64,000 bases of DNA from Mobula hypostoma (GCF_963921235.1 NC_086109.1:7876001-7940000), one strand, 5' to 3'. Shown: positions 11,866 to 25,252, numbered from the stretch's first letter. The notes: a model not told the origin generated them from the sequence alone. Numbers and translations: made by a program.

Positions 11866-13250
11866 TGTCGTGGTGCATGCTCGCAAGGACTGGAACAAGG
11901 GCGGAGGAACGGCAGGACCTCTCTGTCACAGCAGTTTCTGGCACCGACTCAACCCGGGAAGCCTCAGTAATTGGAAGCACTGATAACGGCTCGACCCCAG
12001 AAGCCGGTGGGGGTGGGGGGCAGCAGAGTCCCCATGAAGAGATGGAAAAAAAGAGGCTGGGCATAGCAATACCAACAGAACCTCACAGGAATGACTGAGC
12101 AACACCGCAAGACAAATCATTCTCTCTAACACCCTAACTCTACTAAGGAGCCAAACGAGTGTCCTCTTTAAATAACCATAGAACGCGGGAAACCAATATA
12201 TAAGTTTGCTGATGACACAACAATTGCAGGCCATATCTCGGCTAATGATGAGTTTGAGTACAGAGAGGAAATTAAGAACCTGGTGGCATGGTGCGAAGAC
12301 AATAACCTATCCCTCAACGTCAGCAAGACGAAGGAATTGCTTGATGACTTCAGGAGGAGTAGTGGACCGCACGACCCAACTTACATCGGTGGTGCGCAAG
12401 TGGAACAGGTCAAAAGCTTTAAGTTCCTTGGGGTCAATATCACAAGTGACCTGACTTGGTCCAACCAAGCAGAGTCCACTGCCAAGAAGGCCCACCAGCA
12501 CCTTTACTTCCTGAGGAAACTAAAGAAATTTGGCCTGTCCCCTAAAACCCTCACTAATTTTTATAGATGCACCGTAGAAAGCATTCTTCTAGGGTGCATC
12601 ACAACCTGGTATGGAAGTTGTCCTGTCCAAGACCGGAAGAAGCTGCAGAAGATCGTGAACACGGTGCAGCACATCACACAAAGCAATCTTCTGTCCATGG
12701 ACTCACTTTACACCGCACGCTGTCGGAGCAGTGCTGCCAGGATCATTAAGGACACGACCCACCCAGCCAACACACTTTTCGTCCCTCTTCCCTCCGGGAG
12801 AAGGCTCAGGAGCTTGAAGACTCATATGGACAGATTTGGGAACAGCTTCTTTCCAACTGTGATAAGACCGCTGAACTGATCCTGACCTGGATCGGGGCTG
12901 TACCCTCCAAATTTCCGGACCTGCCTCTCGGTTTTTTTGCACTACCTTACTTACCATTTTTCTATTTTCTATTTATGATTTATAATTTAAATTATAAATT
13001 ATAACATAAAAGTCAAAACCCCCTTACATTAATATTTACTATCTATTTGTAATCCAGGGAGCGGGAAGCGCATAATCAAATATCACTGTGATGATTGTAT
13101 CAATTGTTTGGCGACAATAAAGTATAAAGTATAAGTGACCAGGTTAATCAGAAAGCAAAGGGCTTAGCAATTCTCGTTAAGACAACAATTAGTAAATACA
13201 GGTGCTCAAGAAACCTAGAAGCCCAACGCTCTACCCGTAGGCTCATGACA
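11866..13250. mobile_element. Solo LTR (Gypsy-like), ~440 bp net, inserted in a minus-strand CR1 and itself interrupted by a Rex LINE
   Basis: Inverted termini TGTCGTG..CATGACA; 5-bp TSD CATCG/CATCT; CR1 is collinear across the insertion (GATTTGCCAC|CATCTGGCTAAAGAAATTCC). Confidence 0.7.
12195..13134 (+). mobile_element. Young 5'-truncated Rex1/Babar LINE (RT C-terminus)
   Basis: Uninterrupted frame from [12 protein letters not shown] to stop at 12879; AATAAA plus (GTATAAA)n tail; TATAAGT at both junctions. Confidence 0.92.
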
Positions 13251-13811
13251 CATCTGGCTAAAGAAATTCCTCCTCATCTCTGTTCTAAAATAATGTCCTT
13301 TTTTTCTGAGGTTGTGCCCTCTGGTCCTAGACTCTCCTTGTTCACTCTACCCAGACTCTGGATAAGCACTATGACTAAAGCTGTCATAATCTTATGTGTA
13401 TCTATCATGTCACCTCTCCAGGAAAAGTGTACTTAGCCTATCAAACATCTCCCGATAACTCAAACCCTCCATTCCAAAGGCAGAAGCAAACTAGTCTCCT
13501 GGGAAGGGAGATTTTTGTAAAACTTCCATTACTGGAAAGCAGTTAAAGTCATTTACAGTAACTTTCCCCTGAAGGTTATCTTAGGAGAGACAAATCATAC
13601 AGTTATAGAAAGAGACAGCATGGAAACAGGCCTTTCTGTCCACAAGGTTCATACTGACCCACTTACTCTCAGTTTGAATTATTCTCTTTTATTTAATTCT
13701 TCCCTCCATCTCAGCAACTTCCCCCGGATTTGACCACAAATTTGTAGTGGCCAACTAACCCACCGATGTGAACATCCTTGGAATCCGGGAGGGAGCCAGA
13801 GCACTTCGACC

Positions 13812-13854
13812 CAGGTTTCCCAACCTGGGGTCCATAAAAGGCTGGGAACCCCTG
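13812..13854. mobile_element. hAT-type MITE relic; related copy ~18057-18135
   Basis: TIR-like CAGGTTTCCCAACC..GGCTGGGAACCCCTG. Confidence 0.5.
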
Positions 13855-14600
13855 ACCCCTGACCCCTGACCTAGAAGAAAAAAGTTTGGGGACTCCTAAC
13901 CTAGTGAAAAGCTACGGAACACAGGAAGAACATGCAAACTCCGCACAGACAACACCCAAGGTCAGAATTGGACCCGGATACGCAGGTTTAAGTTACGAGG
14001 GAAGAAGTTTAGAGGAGATCTGAAGAAAAGTTGTTTTTCTCCCAGAAGGTGGTTGGAACTTGTTTGAGTTCATGACAGAGGCAGAGACACTCACAAACTT
14101 TCAGAAGTATCTGGACCAGAGAAGCGTATAGACCAAGTGGTAGGACACAAAATTAGCATCAATGAATGGAGAGGGAATCACCAGGTTGTACAGTACAGAG
14201 GCCCTTTGGCCCAACTCATCTCTACCAACATTTTTGCCCATCTACACCAAACACATGTGCCTGTGTCTATATCTTTCTATGCCTTGCATACTTAAGTAGC
14301 TGCCTAAATCCCTCCTGAAGTTTGTAATTGTACTTGATCTGCCACTTCCTCTCACAGCAGGTTCCAGATACCAACCGCTGACATAGCGACTGGTGACCTG
14401 ATGGAGGTGTGCAAGATGGTAAGAAGCATAGATAGAGTGGACAGCCAGAGACTTTTCCCCAGGCTAATGGCTAATTCAAGAGGGCATGACTTTAAGGTGA
14501 TTGGAGAGAAGTATAAGGGGGGGGGGGTGTCAGAGGTAGTGTTTACATTAAGGACATTTAACAGACTCTTAGATAGGGCCAAGGATGATAGAAAAATGGA

Positions 14601-14845
14601 GCTTCAAAATATTAAACTAATTCAAATGAAAGAGAGAGTCAGAAGAACGAGGGTATAGCTTTGTCTCTGCTTTTAACGAGGTGAGCATGTATCACGTGGT
14701 AGCGTGATGATGTATGCAATTAATGTATTTATACATATAACCTCTTGATTTAAACAAACAAGAATTCTTAATCAAACTATATATATATATACACACACAC
14801 ACAATATCACCTGATTATTATTATTGAAATATCAAATCCACAACA
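14601..14845 (-). mobile_element. Solo-LTR-like remnant inserted in a CR1 3' end
   Basis: CR1 interrupted at GAAAAATGGAG|GCTATGTGGGAGG; insert begins TGTTGTG on the minus strand; AT-rich. Confidence 0.5.
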
Positions 14846-15214
14846 GCTATGTGGGAGGGAAGGGTTAGATTGATCTTGGAGTGGGTTAAGAGGTCAGCAC
14901 AACATCATGTGCCCAAGAGCCTGTACTGAACTGTTCTGTGTATCCTCTATTTAAGTAAAATTAACCCTCTTAACCTCTTTAAAACCATCATTGCATCTTA
15001 CACATATGCCCCTACAGTGAAAATATTTTTGACTATCTACCCTACTAATGCCTCTCATAATTGTATATACAGCGATTAGGTCTCCTCTCAGCCTCCTTTG
15101 CTCCAGGGTAAGGAAGCCCAGCCTATTCAGTCTTTGCCCCAATCCAAGCCAGTTGCTGGTGAATCTCCTCTGATTGTGGTAAGACAGGTTGGCTGGTCAC
15201 GGCAAGGGCGCTCT

Positions 15215-16012
15215 CAATATTCACAAGAGCGAGGAGCTGATTGTGGGCTTCAGGAAGGGGAAATCAGGAGAACACACACCAGTCCTCGTCCGGGGGCCAG
15301 CAGGTGAGCAGCTTCAAGCTCCTGGGCATCGACATCTCAGAGGAACTACCCTGGGCCCAACACATTGGTGCAGTAATGAGGGCAGGTCAGTGGCTCGAAT
15401 TCATGAGGAGATTGGGTTATGTTCCCAAAGACTCTTTCAAGTTTATATAGTTGCATGGTGGAGAGAATTCTACTGAGTTGCATCTATGCCTGCTGGAGAG
15501 GTTCCAATGCTCAGGATCACAAGGGGTTGCAGACTCAGCCCTCCCCACCATCGCCAGAGCCCTCCCCACCATCGAGGAGGTGGTGCCTGAAGAAAGCAGC
15601 AACTATCACTAGTATTAGGGAGGAGGATCCACACTCAAAGATCTGGGAACAGCTTCTTCCCCAATGCCATTGCATTTCTGAAAAGTCCACGAACCCATGA
15701 ACACTACCTCAATATTCCTATTGTTTTCTTGATGGTCTATTTATTTTGTAATTTATAGCAATTTCACGTCTTTGCACTGGACTGCTGCCGCAAAAGGGCA
15801 AATTTCTCATCAGAGAATTGTAAATTCAATCAGTTCCATTATGGCCACTGGCCTCCCCACCATCAAGGGCATATCCAAACGACGGTGCCTTAAGAAAGTG
15901 ACGTCCATCATAAGGACCCTCACCATCTGGGACATGTCCTCTTCTCATTATGACCATCAGGGAAGCCTGAAGATTCACACTCAATGTTTTAGGAACAGCT
16001 TCTTCCCCTCTT
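15215..16012 (+). mobile_element. Degenerate Rex1/Babar LINE fragments
   Basis: QVSSFKLLGIDISEELPWAQH, YSCMVERILLSCI, TQCFRNSFFPS. Confidence 0.8.
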
Positions 16013-16024
16013 CTCCAAGAGGAC

Positions 16025-16230
16025 TGCAACCTTGTCATTAGGTTTGGAGGCAGGCGTACCTCATTGCCCGGAGAGCTATGTTGGCTGAAGTCAGGTCCTT
16101 GTGCTTTGGCTCTTGGTAGGGTCACCCAGGCCAAACAGGTCAAAGAGTAGAGGCCAGACTAAGAGTGGTCCACTGGTCCTCCAGGTTCTGGAATTCGGCT
16201 CAGAGCTAACAACTCTGACTGGTAAAACAA
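16025..16230 (+). mobile_element. RTE 5'UTR-like fragment
   Basis: GAGAGCTATG..GGTAGGGTCACCCA..AGGCCAGACTAAGAG motif order recalled from RTE leaders. Confidence 0.5.
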
Positions 16231-16314
16231 GGTGAAAGGTGAAGTGTTTAAGTGAGACTGAGGGGCAATGTCTTCACTCAGTCCTCAGTTCTTTTGTTGA
16301 CCCATACTCCTCAA

Positions 16315-17423
16315 CGGGTTAAAGAAAAGGGTACAACTAACGGCAATCAATCTTGGGATAATTATTCCATCGTCCCATCGCTGGATCGCTTGAGTGAAGA
16401 TGTTGATGCTTCCATCAATCTTCAGAGTGTGGAACGAGCTGTCAGTGGAAGTGGTGGATACAGGTTCAAATGTAACATTTAAGAGAAGTATGGATCAGTA
16501 CATGAATGAGAGGAATATAGAGGACAATGGTCAGGTGCAGGCAGAAATCTGAGCCGACATGGACCAGATGTGCTGAAGGGCCAGTTTCCATATTGTAATG
16601 TTCTTTGACTCAATAATTCTATGACCTGTGCAAGATGCACTGGTGCATTCGATAATAAACATGACTATAAACAAAGGAAGTATAATGCGAAGGGTTAGCT
16701 TACCTGTCGGTCGAGTCGCTTCTACCATGCCGGTCATCGATTGGCCCATTTGGATGCAGCAGCGTTTTCTCATAGGTTGCCTTCTCTGCCCCGGCACTGG
16801 TGTCCATTTTCAGGTGCCTCCCTATGGCTTTGGGACTCATCTTCACACAGGGGTCATGACCGGTGCTGAAGAACCATTGGGAAAGTATGCTCAGATATAC
16901 AATAGGGAGGCCCAGGTGCACTCATAGCTCAGTGCCTGCTTGCTGAATGTTTAGTTTTGTAGTTTGTGTAACTTAGGGTGGCTTAGCTATTTGGTCGAAT
17001 GTTTTACTGTTTGTAAATAAACAGTTTATGTTCTTATTCGTAGTCAGTGTCTTCTGTCTCACTTATCAAACCCGTCAGCCTGCTTCCTCGTGACAGAAAG
17101 CTTAACCAAAGCCCAGGAAGGACACTTGGAGGACAAGTTCTCCAACAAATTGAAATTAATGTCATGAGAATAACAAAAATCAGTGTCGGCAAAGCATAAA
17201 TCAAAGAGAAGTTGAGCATTGAACCAAATGTTAAAAGGAAAAATAATTTTTGCAGAATGCAAAGCAGGTAACCTCTGCACACCAGACAATTATTTTTCAG
17301 CAGTTGTTCTGGAGCGGGTTAAAGAAAAGGGTATAACTAACGGCAATCAATCTTGGGATAATTATTCCATCGTCCCATCGCTGGATCGCTTGAGTGAAGA
17401 TGTTGATGCTTCCATCAATCTTC
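16315..17423 (+). repeat. 109-bp direct repeat pair (16315-16423 and 17315-17423)
   Basis: 108/109 identical (C16334 vs T17334); offset exactly 1000 bp. Confidence 0.97.
16700..17095 (+). mobile_element. LTR-like remnant (5' boundary unclear)
   Basis: AATAAA near 17017, ends TCGTGACA like the LTR terminus at 13250. Confidence 0.45.
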
Positions 17424-17697
17424 TTCTGCAGAGTGAGCATGGGCTGAGCTGGGTAACTGATTCAAGCCTCAGTGGATTTGTACTGAGAATACCTCAGTCT
17501 GCGGAAAAGACAGCGACAACTCCAATTAAATCAAACCCAAATAGTTAAATCAGCAGATAAATAATCAGCAATAAATCATTCAGACACATCAGTACATCTC
17601 TTTGCTTAGAAGCTTATGGAGATTTGACGTGTCACCAAACACTCTAACAAACATCTACAGATGTACTGTAGACAGTATCCCAACTTCATGCATAGTC

Positions 17698-17890
17698 AAA
17701 ATGCTGATGGAACTCAGCAGGTCAGGTAGCATCAGTGGAAAGGAATAAACAGTTGATAGTTCGAGCGATGCCTCAGACTGAAACGTCAACTGCTTTTTCC
17801 TTTCCATAGATGCTACCTGACCTGCTGAGTTCCTCCAGAATTTTGTGTATTACTCCAAGTTTCCAGCACCTGCAGAGCCTCCTGTGTTTC
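17698..17890. mobile_element. PLE-derived fold-back mini-element inside a Rex fragment
   Basis: GAACTCAGCAGGTCAGGTAGCATC pairs with GATGCTACCTGACCTGCTGAGTTC; right arm has an extra tail. Confidence 0.8.
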
Positions 17891-19696
17891 CAACTGGATG
17901 CATCAGGTCGTGGTATGGCGGATACAATGCACAGGAACATGGGATACTACAGAGAGTGGTGGGTGCAGCCCTCTCCTTCACGAGTACAACCTTTTCCACC
18001 ACTGGTAGCATTCACAGGAGGTGGAGGCACCATCTATCACCAGTGAGCCCCACCATCGGGGGTTCCCAACCTTTGCTATGCCATGGACCAATCCCATTAC
18101 ACAAGATGTCCGTGGACCCCAGGTTGGAGATCCCTACACCCATCCATGCCATGCCCTCTTCTCACTGCTACAGTCAACAGGGAGGTACAGAAGCCTGGTG
18201 TTCCACATCGGCAGGTTCAGGACCAGCTACTTTCTCTCAACCAAAAAGTTCTCGAACTGACCTGCACAATCCTAAACCTCCCCCAGCAACAGAACACTAT
18301 GGAGCATCTCCTTCACTACTTGTAGACTTATTTCTGATTTTTTTTTGCATTGTCTTAATTTGCGCAGTCCTCTGATTTTTTTTTTGTATTTTTTCACTGA
18401 ATGGTATAAATTTAAGTATCATAAGGCCATAAGATATAGGAGCAGAATCAGGTCATTTGCCCATCGAGTCTGCTCTGCCATTTCATCATTTTCCTCTCAG
18501 CCCCAATCTCCTGCCTTCCCCTGCCACCCTCCCCGTATCTCTTCATACTGTGACCAATCATGAATCTATCAATCTCTGCCTTAAATATACATAGAGACTT
18601 GGCCTCCACAGCTGCCTGTGGCGAAGAATTCCACAGATTCACCACTCTCTGCCTAAAGAAATTCTTCCTCATCTCCATTCTAAAAGGATGCCCCTCTAAT
18701 CTGAGGCTGTGTCCTCTGGTGTTAGACTCTCCAAACACAGGAAACATCCTCTCCACATCCACTCTATCAAGGCCTTTCACCATTTGATATGCTTCAATGA
18801 GGTCACCCCTCATTCTTCTGAATTCTAATGAATACAGGCCATTCAGCGCTCATTAAATGATAAGCTAATCAATCCTGGAGTCATTTTCGTGAGCCCCTTT
18901 TGAACCCTCTCCAGTTTCAGCACATCCCTAAGACAAGGGGCGTAAAGCTTCACATAATACTCCAAGTGAGGCCTCATCTGTGCTTTATAAAGACTAAATA
19001 TTACATCCTTGCTTTTATATTCTAGTCCTCTTGAAATGAATGCTAACATTGCCTTTGTCTTCCTCACCACAGACTTAACTGCAAATTTACCTTTAGGGAA
19101 TCCTGCACAAGGACTCCCAAGTCCCTTTGCACCTCAATTTTTTGTATTTTCTCTGCATTTAGAAAATAGTCAACCCTTTTATTTCTTCATCCAAAGTGCA
19201 TGACCATATATTTCCTGACACTGTATTCCATCTGCCATTTCTTTGCTCATTCTCCTAATCTGTAGCCTCTCTACTTCCTCAGAACTACCTGACCCTACAC
19301 CTATCTGCACCTTGTCAAAGGCCTTCTGAAAATCCAGTACACAACATCAACTGATTCTCCTTTGTCTATGCTGCTTGTTATTTCTTCAAAGAATTCCAAC
19401 ACATTTGTCAGGCAAGATTTTCCCTTGAGGAAACTGTGCTGACTACGGCCTATTTTATCATGTGCCTCCAAATACCCTGAGATCTCATCCTTAACAATCA
19501 ACTCCAACATCTTCCCAACTACTGACGTCAGACTAACTGGCCTATAATTTTCTTTCTTCTGTCTCTCTCCCTTCTTGAAGAGTGAAGTGACATTTGCAAT
19601 TTTCCAGTCTTCCAAAACCATTCCGGAACCTCGTGATTCTGGAAAGATCATTACTAATGCCTCCACAAACACTTCGGCCACCTCTTTCAGAACCCT

Positions 19697-20095
19697 ACAT
19701 GAAACTTTGCCATAAAAAACAGCATCCATCATCAAAGATCCTCACCACCCAGGCCATGCTCTTTTCTCACTGCTGCCATCAGGTAGAAGTTCAGGTGTGT
19801 CAGGATTCACACCACCAGGTTCAGGAACAGTAACTACCCCTCCTTCATCAGGCTCTTATACAAAAGGGGATAGCTACTCTCATTTAAGGACTCTGTTACA
19901 ATGTTATTTCAAGCTCGATATTTATTGCATTTGCACAATTTGTTTGCAGTTTAAAGTTCCTGATGTTTACAGTTTACAGATCCTGCTCACAGTTGCTGTT
20001 CTATAGATTTGCAAAGTTTGCCTGCAGAAAAAGAATCTCAGAGTTGTATGTGGTGACATGTACATACTCTGATAATAATTTTTACTTTGAATTTT
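19697..20095 (+). mobile_element. Rex1/Babar 3' fragment nested in the CR1
   Basis: IIKDPHHPGHALFSLLPSGR; TSD GAACCCT at 19690-19696 and 20096-20102. Confidence 0.85.
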
Positions 20096-22666
20096 GAACC
20101 CTGGGGTGTGCACATTCTGATCCAGTTGACTTATCTACCTTCAGACCTTTCAGTTTCCCAAGAACCTTCTCTCTAGTAATGGTAAGTGCTCACACTTCAT
20201 GAACCTTGGAAAAACCAGGCTGTTAGTGTCTTCTACAGTGAAGACTGATCAGTTCATCCCCAGTTTCCTTATCCTTCATTACTACCTCTCCAGCAGTGTC
20301 TTCCAGCAGTCCGATACCCTCTCCCGCCCATCTTTTACACTTCATGTATCTGAAGAAACTTTTGGTATTTTTTTTAATATTATAGGCTAGCTTACTTTTG
20401 TAATCCATCTTTACCTTCTTAATGACCTTTTTAGTTGCCTTCTGTTGGTTTTTAAAAGTTTCCCAATCCACTAATTTCCCACTAAATTTTGCTTTATTAT
20501 ATGCCCTCTCTTTGGCTTTTATGGTAGCTTTGACTTTTCTTGTTAACTACAGTTGTGCCATCTTTCCTTTAGAATACTTCTTCTTTGGGATGTATATACC
20601 CTGCACCTTCTGGATTGCTTCCAGAAATTCCAGCCGTTGCTGCTCTGCCATCATCCCTGCCAGTGTTCCCTTCCAATCAATTCAGGCCAACTCCTCTCTC
20701 ATGCCTCTATAATTCCTTTTACTCCACTGTAATACTGACACACCTGACTTTAGTTTCTCCTTCTCAAATTTCAGGGTGAATTTATGATCACTTTCTCCTT
20801 AGGTTTTCTTTTAAACCTTAAGCTCTCTAATCAGTTCCAGTTCATTGCACAAAACCCAGTCCAGAATAGCCGATCCTCTAGTGGGCTCAACCATGAGCTG
20901 CTCTGAAAAGCCAATATGTAGACATTCTAGAAATTCCCCCTCTTGGATCTAGCACCAACCTGGTTTTTCCGATCTACCTGCATAGTGAAATCCCCTATGT
21001 CTATTGTAACATTGCCATTTGGCATGCATATTTTTTTATCTCCCATTGTAACTTGTAAACTATATCTTCTTACTTTTGGGGGGTCTGTATACAACTCCCA
21101 TCAGGGTCTTTTTATCCTTGCAGTTTCTTAGCTCTATCCATAATGATTTAACACCTTCCAACCCTATGTCACCTCTTCCTAATCATTCGCTTTCATTTTG
21201 TACCAACAGAGCAACGCTGCCCCCTTTGCCTTCCTACCTGTCCTTTCGGTACAACGTGTATCCTTGGACGTAAAGCTCCCGGCTATAATCTGTCAGCCAT
21301 GATTAAGTGATGCCTACAACATTATACATGCCAATCTGCAACTGTCCTACAAGTTAATCTACTTTATTCTGTGTATTGCGCTCATTCAAATATAACCCTT
21401 TTCGATTTTGTCCACCTTTTATGTTTCAGCTCATCCTGTTGACTGCCATTTTGTCCTTTCATCAGCCTCGCCTCACTACACATTGCCTCCGTTTGTAAAC
21501 CAACCACCTTGTCTTCAGCACTATCGCTTCAGCTCCCACCCCCTCACCCCAGCCGCCAAACTAGTTTAAACCCTCCCGAACAACTCTAGACAACCTTCTA
21601 GACAACAGGGTTACTGGACTCCCTCAAGTTCAGGCATAACCCATCCCTTTTGTACAGATCATACCTTCCCCAGAAGAGATCCTAGTGATTCATGAATCTG
21701 AACCCCTGCCCCCTGTACCAGTTCTTCAGTCACGCATTCACCTGCCAAATTGTCCCTCACTGGCACGTGGCACAGGCAGCACTCCAGAGCTTACTGCCCT
21801 GGAGGTCCTGTTTCTCAGCTTTCTACCTTGCTCCCAAAAAATCTCTCTTCAGGACTTCCTCACCTGTCTACCTATGCCACCGGTGCCAATATGCACCAAG
21901 ACTTCTGGCTGCTCACCCTTGCCCTTGAGAATGCTGTGGACTGAATCCGAGACATCCCTGATTCTGGTACCAGGGAGGCAACGTACCATCCAGGTATCTC
22001 TTCTGTGTCCTCAGAACCTCATCTTTGTTCCTCTGACAAAGGAGTCTCCGATCAACTCCGCAGTCCTCTTCACCTCTCTGCTCTTCTGAGCCACAGCACC
22101 AGACCCAGCGCCAGAGACCCGGTCACTCTGGCTCCCCAACGGTAGGTCATCTCCCTCAATAGTATCTAAAGTTGTATACTTATTATTGAGGGGAACAGCC
22201 ACAGGTGTACCCTACACTGGCTGTGCATTTCCACTCCTTCTCCTGACAGTCACCCAGTTACCTATCCCTCTGTAATCAGGTGGTGACTACCTCCCTTTAC
22301 CTCCTGTCTATGACCTCCTCATTCTCCTGTATAAGTCGAAAGTCATCGAGCTGCAGCTCCAGTTCCTGAAGACATTCTCCCAGGAGCTGCAGCTCAGTGC
22401 ACCCGGTGCAGATCTTCCCACATCCCACACACAGTACAAAATACTGCCCCTGGAGCCATTCTCATGACTACTGTGCCCTAACAGATAGAGGTAGATAAAT
22501 AAGAACAGAAAGAGAGAAACCTACTCAGTATCTAACCTCACTCAAGCCTGATGAGCCAAAGTGACTATAAACACCAGCCCACTGAAAAGAATGGCCACTT
22601 CCCTTGCACCTGCATTACTTTTATTGGCCCTTTCTAATGAATCCCTCTTGCTGATTGGTCACTCCT

Positions 22667-22920
22667 CAACTCAGAGAAACTGCCACGAAACCTTGCCTTT
22701 ATAATCTCGATCGGTGTCCTGAGTGAAATCTAGCTCCTTTTATGCACCCCTGACATCAATTATCCAACTCAGAGAAAACTGCCACGAGGCCCTGCTTTTT
22801 TTTCACCTCGATCGGCATCCTGATTGAGATCTAGCTCTTTATATGCATCCCTGATTATCCAACTCAGAGAAAACTGTTGTGAAGCTCTACTTTTTAAATC
22901 TTGAACACGTTCCTGACTGT
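22667..22920. repeat. ~95-bp tandem monomers (about 2.6 copies) at the CR1 5' end
   Basis: AACTCAGAGAAA(A)CTG recurs near 22668, 22766 and 22861 with CTCGATCGG..TCTAGCTC. Confidence 0.85.
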
Positions 22921-23049
22921 ATGTATAATTTATGCTTCAGATACCTACTTGTGTATGATGTAATTTTTCATTGAGACACAAGAGATACTGGAAATCTGGA
23001 GGAACACAGCCAAACATCGGGAGCAGCTCAGCAGGAGACGTCCACTTTG

Positions 23050-24975
23050 AAAGGGAGAATATAACTACAGCTGCTGTACCCAGTGACCCTGTGATCTCTG
23101 TCTCAGAGGCTGATGTCAGCCTGTCTTTAAGGAGGGTGAACTCTCACAAGGTGGCAGGTCTCGATGGAGTACCTGGTAAGGCTCTGAAAACGTGAGCCAG
23201 CCAACTAGTGGGAGTATTCAAGGATATTTTCAGCCTCTCACTGTTGCTGGCAGAAGTTCCCACCTACTGTAAAAGAGCAACAATTATGCTGGTGCCTAAG
23301 AAGTGTAGTGTGAGCTGTCTTAATGACTATTGCCCCGGTACCATTCACACCTGTGGTGATGAAATGCTCTGAGAGGTTGCTCATGAACTCCTGCCTCAGC
23401 AAGGCCCTGGACCCACTGCAGTTTGCCTATCGCCTCAATAGATCCACGGCAGATGCAATTTCAATGGCTCTTCACATGGTCTTAAATCATCGGGACAATA
23501 CAAACACCCATGCCAGGATGCTCTTCGTTGACCGTAGCTCAGCGTTTAACACCATCATTTGCACAATCCGGATTGATAAGTTACGGAAACTGGGTCTCTG
23601 GACCTCCCTCTGCAATTGGATCCTCAACATCCTAATCAGAAGATCACAATCTGTGCGGATTGGTGATAACATATCCTCCTCACTGACGATCAACGCTGGT
23701 GCACCTCAGGGGGGTGTGCTTAGCCCACTGCTCTACTCTCGCTATACCCATGACTGTGTGGCTAAACACCATCTATAAATTTGCTGATGATACCAACCAT
23801 TACTGGTAGAATCTCAGATGGAGATGACAGGGTGTACAGGAGTGAGATATACCAGCTAGTTGAGTGGTGTCACAAGCAACAACCTCACACTCAATGTCAG
23901 CAAGACCAAAGAGCTGACTGGGGACTTCAGGAAGGGTAAGACAAGGGAACACATAGTCATACTTATAGTCATAGTCATACTTTATTGATCCAGGAGAAAT
24001 TGGTTTTCGTTACACTTGCACCATAAATAATTAAATAGTAATAAAACCATAAATAGTTAAATAGCAATATGTAAAATATGCCAGGAAATAAGTCCAGGAC
24101 CAGCCTATTGGCTCAGGGTGTCTGACCCTCCAAGGGAGGAGTTGTAAAGTTTGATGGCCACAGGCAGGAATGACTTCCTATGACGCTCTGTGTTGCATCT
24201 CGGAGGAATGAGTCTCTGGCTGAATGTACTCCTGTGCCCACCCAGTACATTATGTAGTGGATGGGAGACATTGACCAAGATGGCATGCAACTTAGACAGC
24301 ATCCTCTTTTCAGACACCACCGTCAGAGAGTCCAGTTCCATCCCCACAACATCACTGGCCTTACGAATGAGTTTGTTGATTCTGTTGGTGTCTGCTACCC
24401 TCAGCCTGCTGCCCCAGCACACAACAGCACATACCAATCCTCTTAGAGGGATCAGAGTGGAAAGAGTGAGCAGTGTGAAGTTCCTGGGTGTCAAGATCTC
24501 TGGGGATCTAACCTGGTCCCATCATATCGATACAGCTATAAAGAAGCCAAGACAGCAGCTATACCTCATCAGGAGTCTGAAGAGATTCGGTTTGTCAACT
24601 AAAACACTTGAATGCTTCTATAGATGTACCGTGGATAGCATTCTGACAGGCTGCGTCACTGCCTGGTACGCTGGGTGAGTGGGGAGGCTAGTGCACAGGA
24701 CCGAAAGAAGCTACGGAAAGTGGTAAAATTAGTCAGCTCCATCTTGGGTATTAGCCTCCGTAGTACCCAAGGCAGCTTCAAGGAACAGTGCCTCAGAAAT
24801 GCGACGTCCATTATTAAAGACCCCCATTACCCAGGCATACCCTCCTCTCATTGTTACAGTCAGGAAGGAGGTACAGAAGCCTGAAGGCACACACTCAGTG
24901 ATTCAGCAACAGCTTCTTCCCCTCTGCCATCCGATTCCTAAATGGACGTTGAATCTTTGGACACTACCTCACTTT
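23050..24975 (+). mobile_element. Rex1/Babar LINE RT region, degenerate
   Basis: [58 protein letters not shown]. Confidence 0.92.
23953..24430 (-). mobile_element. Second Rex1/Babar family with (GACTAT)n tail nested in the above; sister copy at 26038-26268
   Basis: RINKLIRKASDVVG..HPLH..RHRKSFLPVAIKLYN; CACATA at both junctions. Confidence 0.88.
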
Positions 24976-25252
24976 TTTTTTAATCGAACAGAGGCACAAG
25001 TCAAGAGGACTGAATGGCCTTTTAATTTTATTAAGCAATCATTGTGGTTTAGTGACCTTCATTTACTGTATACCACAAGAGCCAGACATCTGATAACAGT
25101 GGATTAGGCAACTCTGTGAGGCCGGCGTAAAACAAGTTTTATCTTTCTTTTAAGGACACAGTTATCTGATTTAACAATACAGTGGCTTGTCTACCCTGCA
25201 GCATATCTGATCAAGTGCTGGTGGTAATCTTTCTCCGGCTGCTTCCCAGAAG

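Larger units (their letters stand above)
18419..22920 (-). mobile_element. Near full-span, degenerate CR1 LINE (5'UTR, ORF1 zinc-finger/SGNH esterase, ORF2 with deletions)
   Basis: ORF1 start MAPGAVFCTVCGMWE at 22459; LIGDSFVRG esterase motif; ORF2 DWKIANVTSLFKKG..NYRPVSLTSVVGKMLE..KSCLTN; CR1 3' end near 18419; many stops and frameshifts. Confidence 0.9.

Noticed and set aside
17219..17548. Duplicated protein domain shared by ORFs 16252-16482 and 17219-17548
   Set aside because: Shared peptide only reflects the 109-bp DNA duplication; no known homology or splice support
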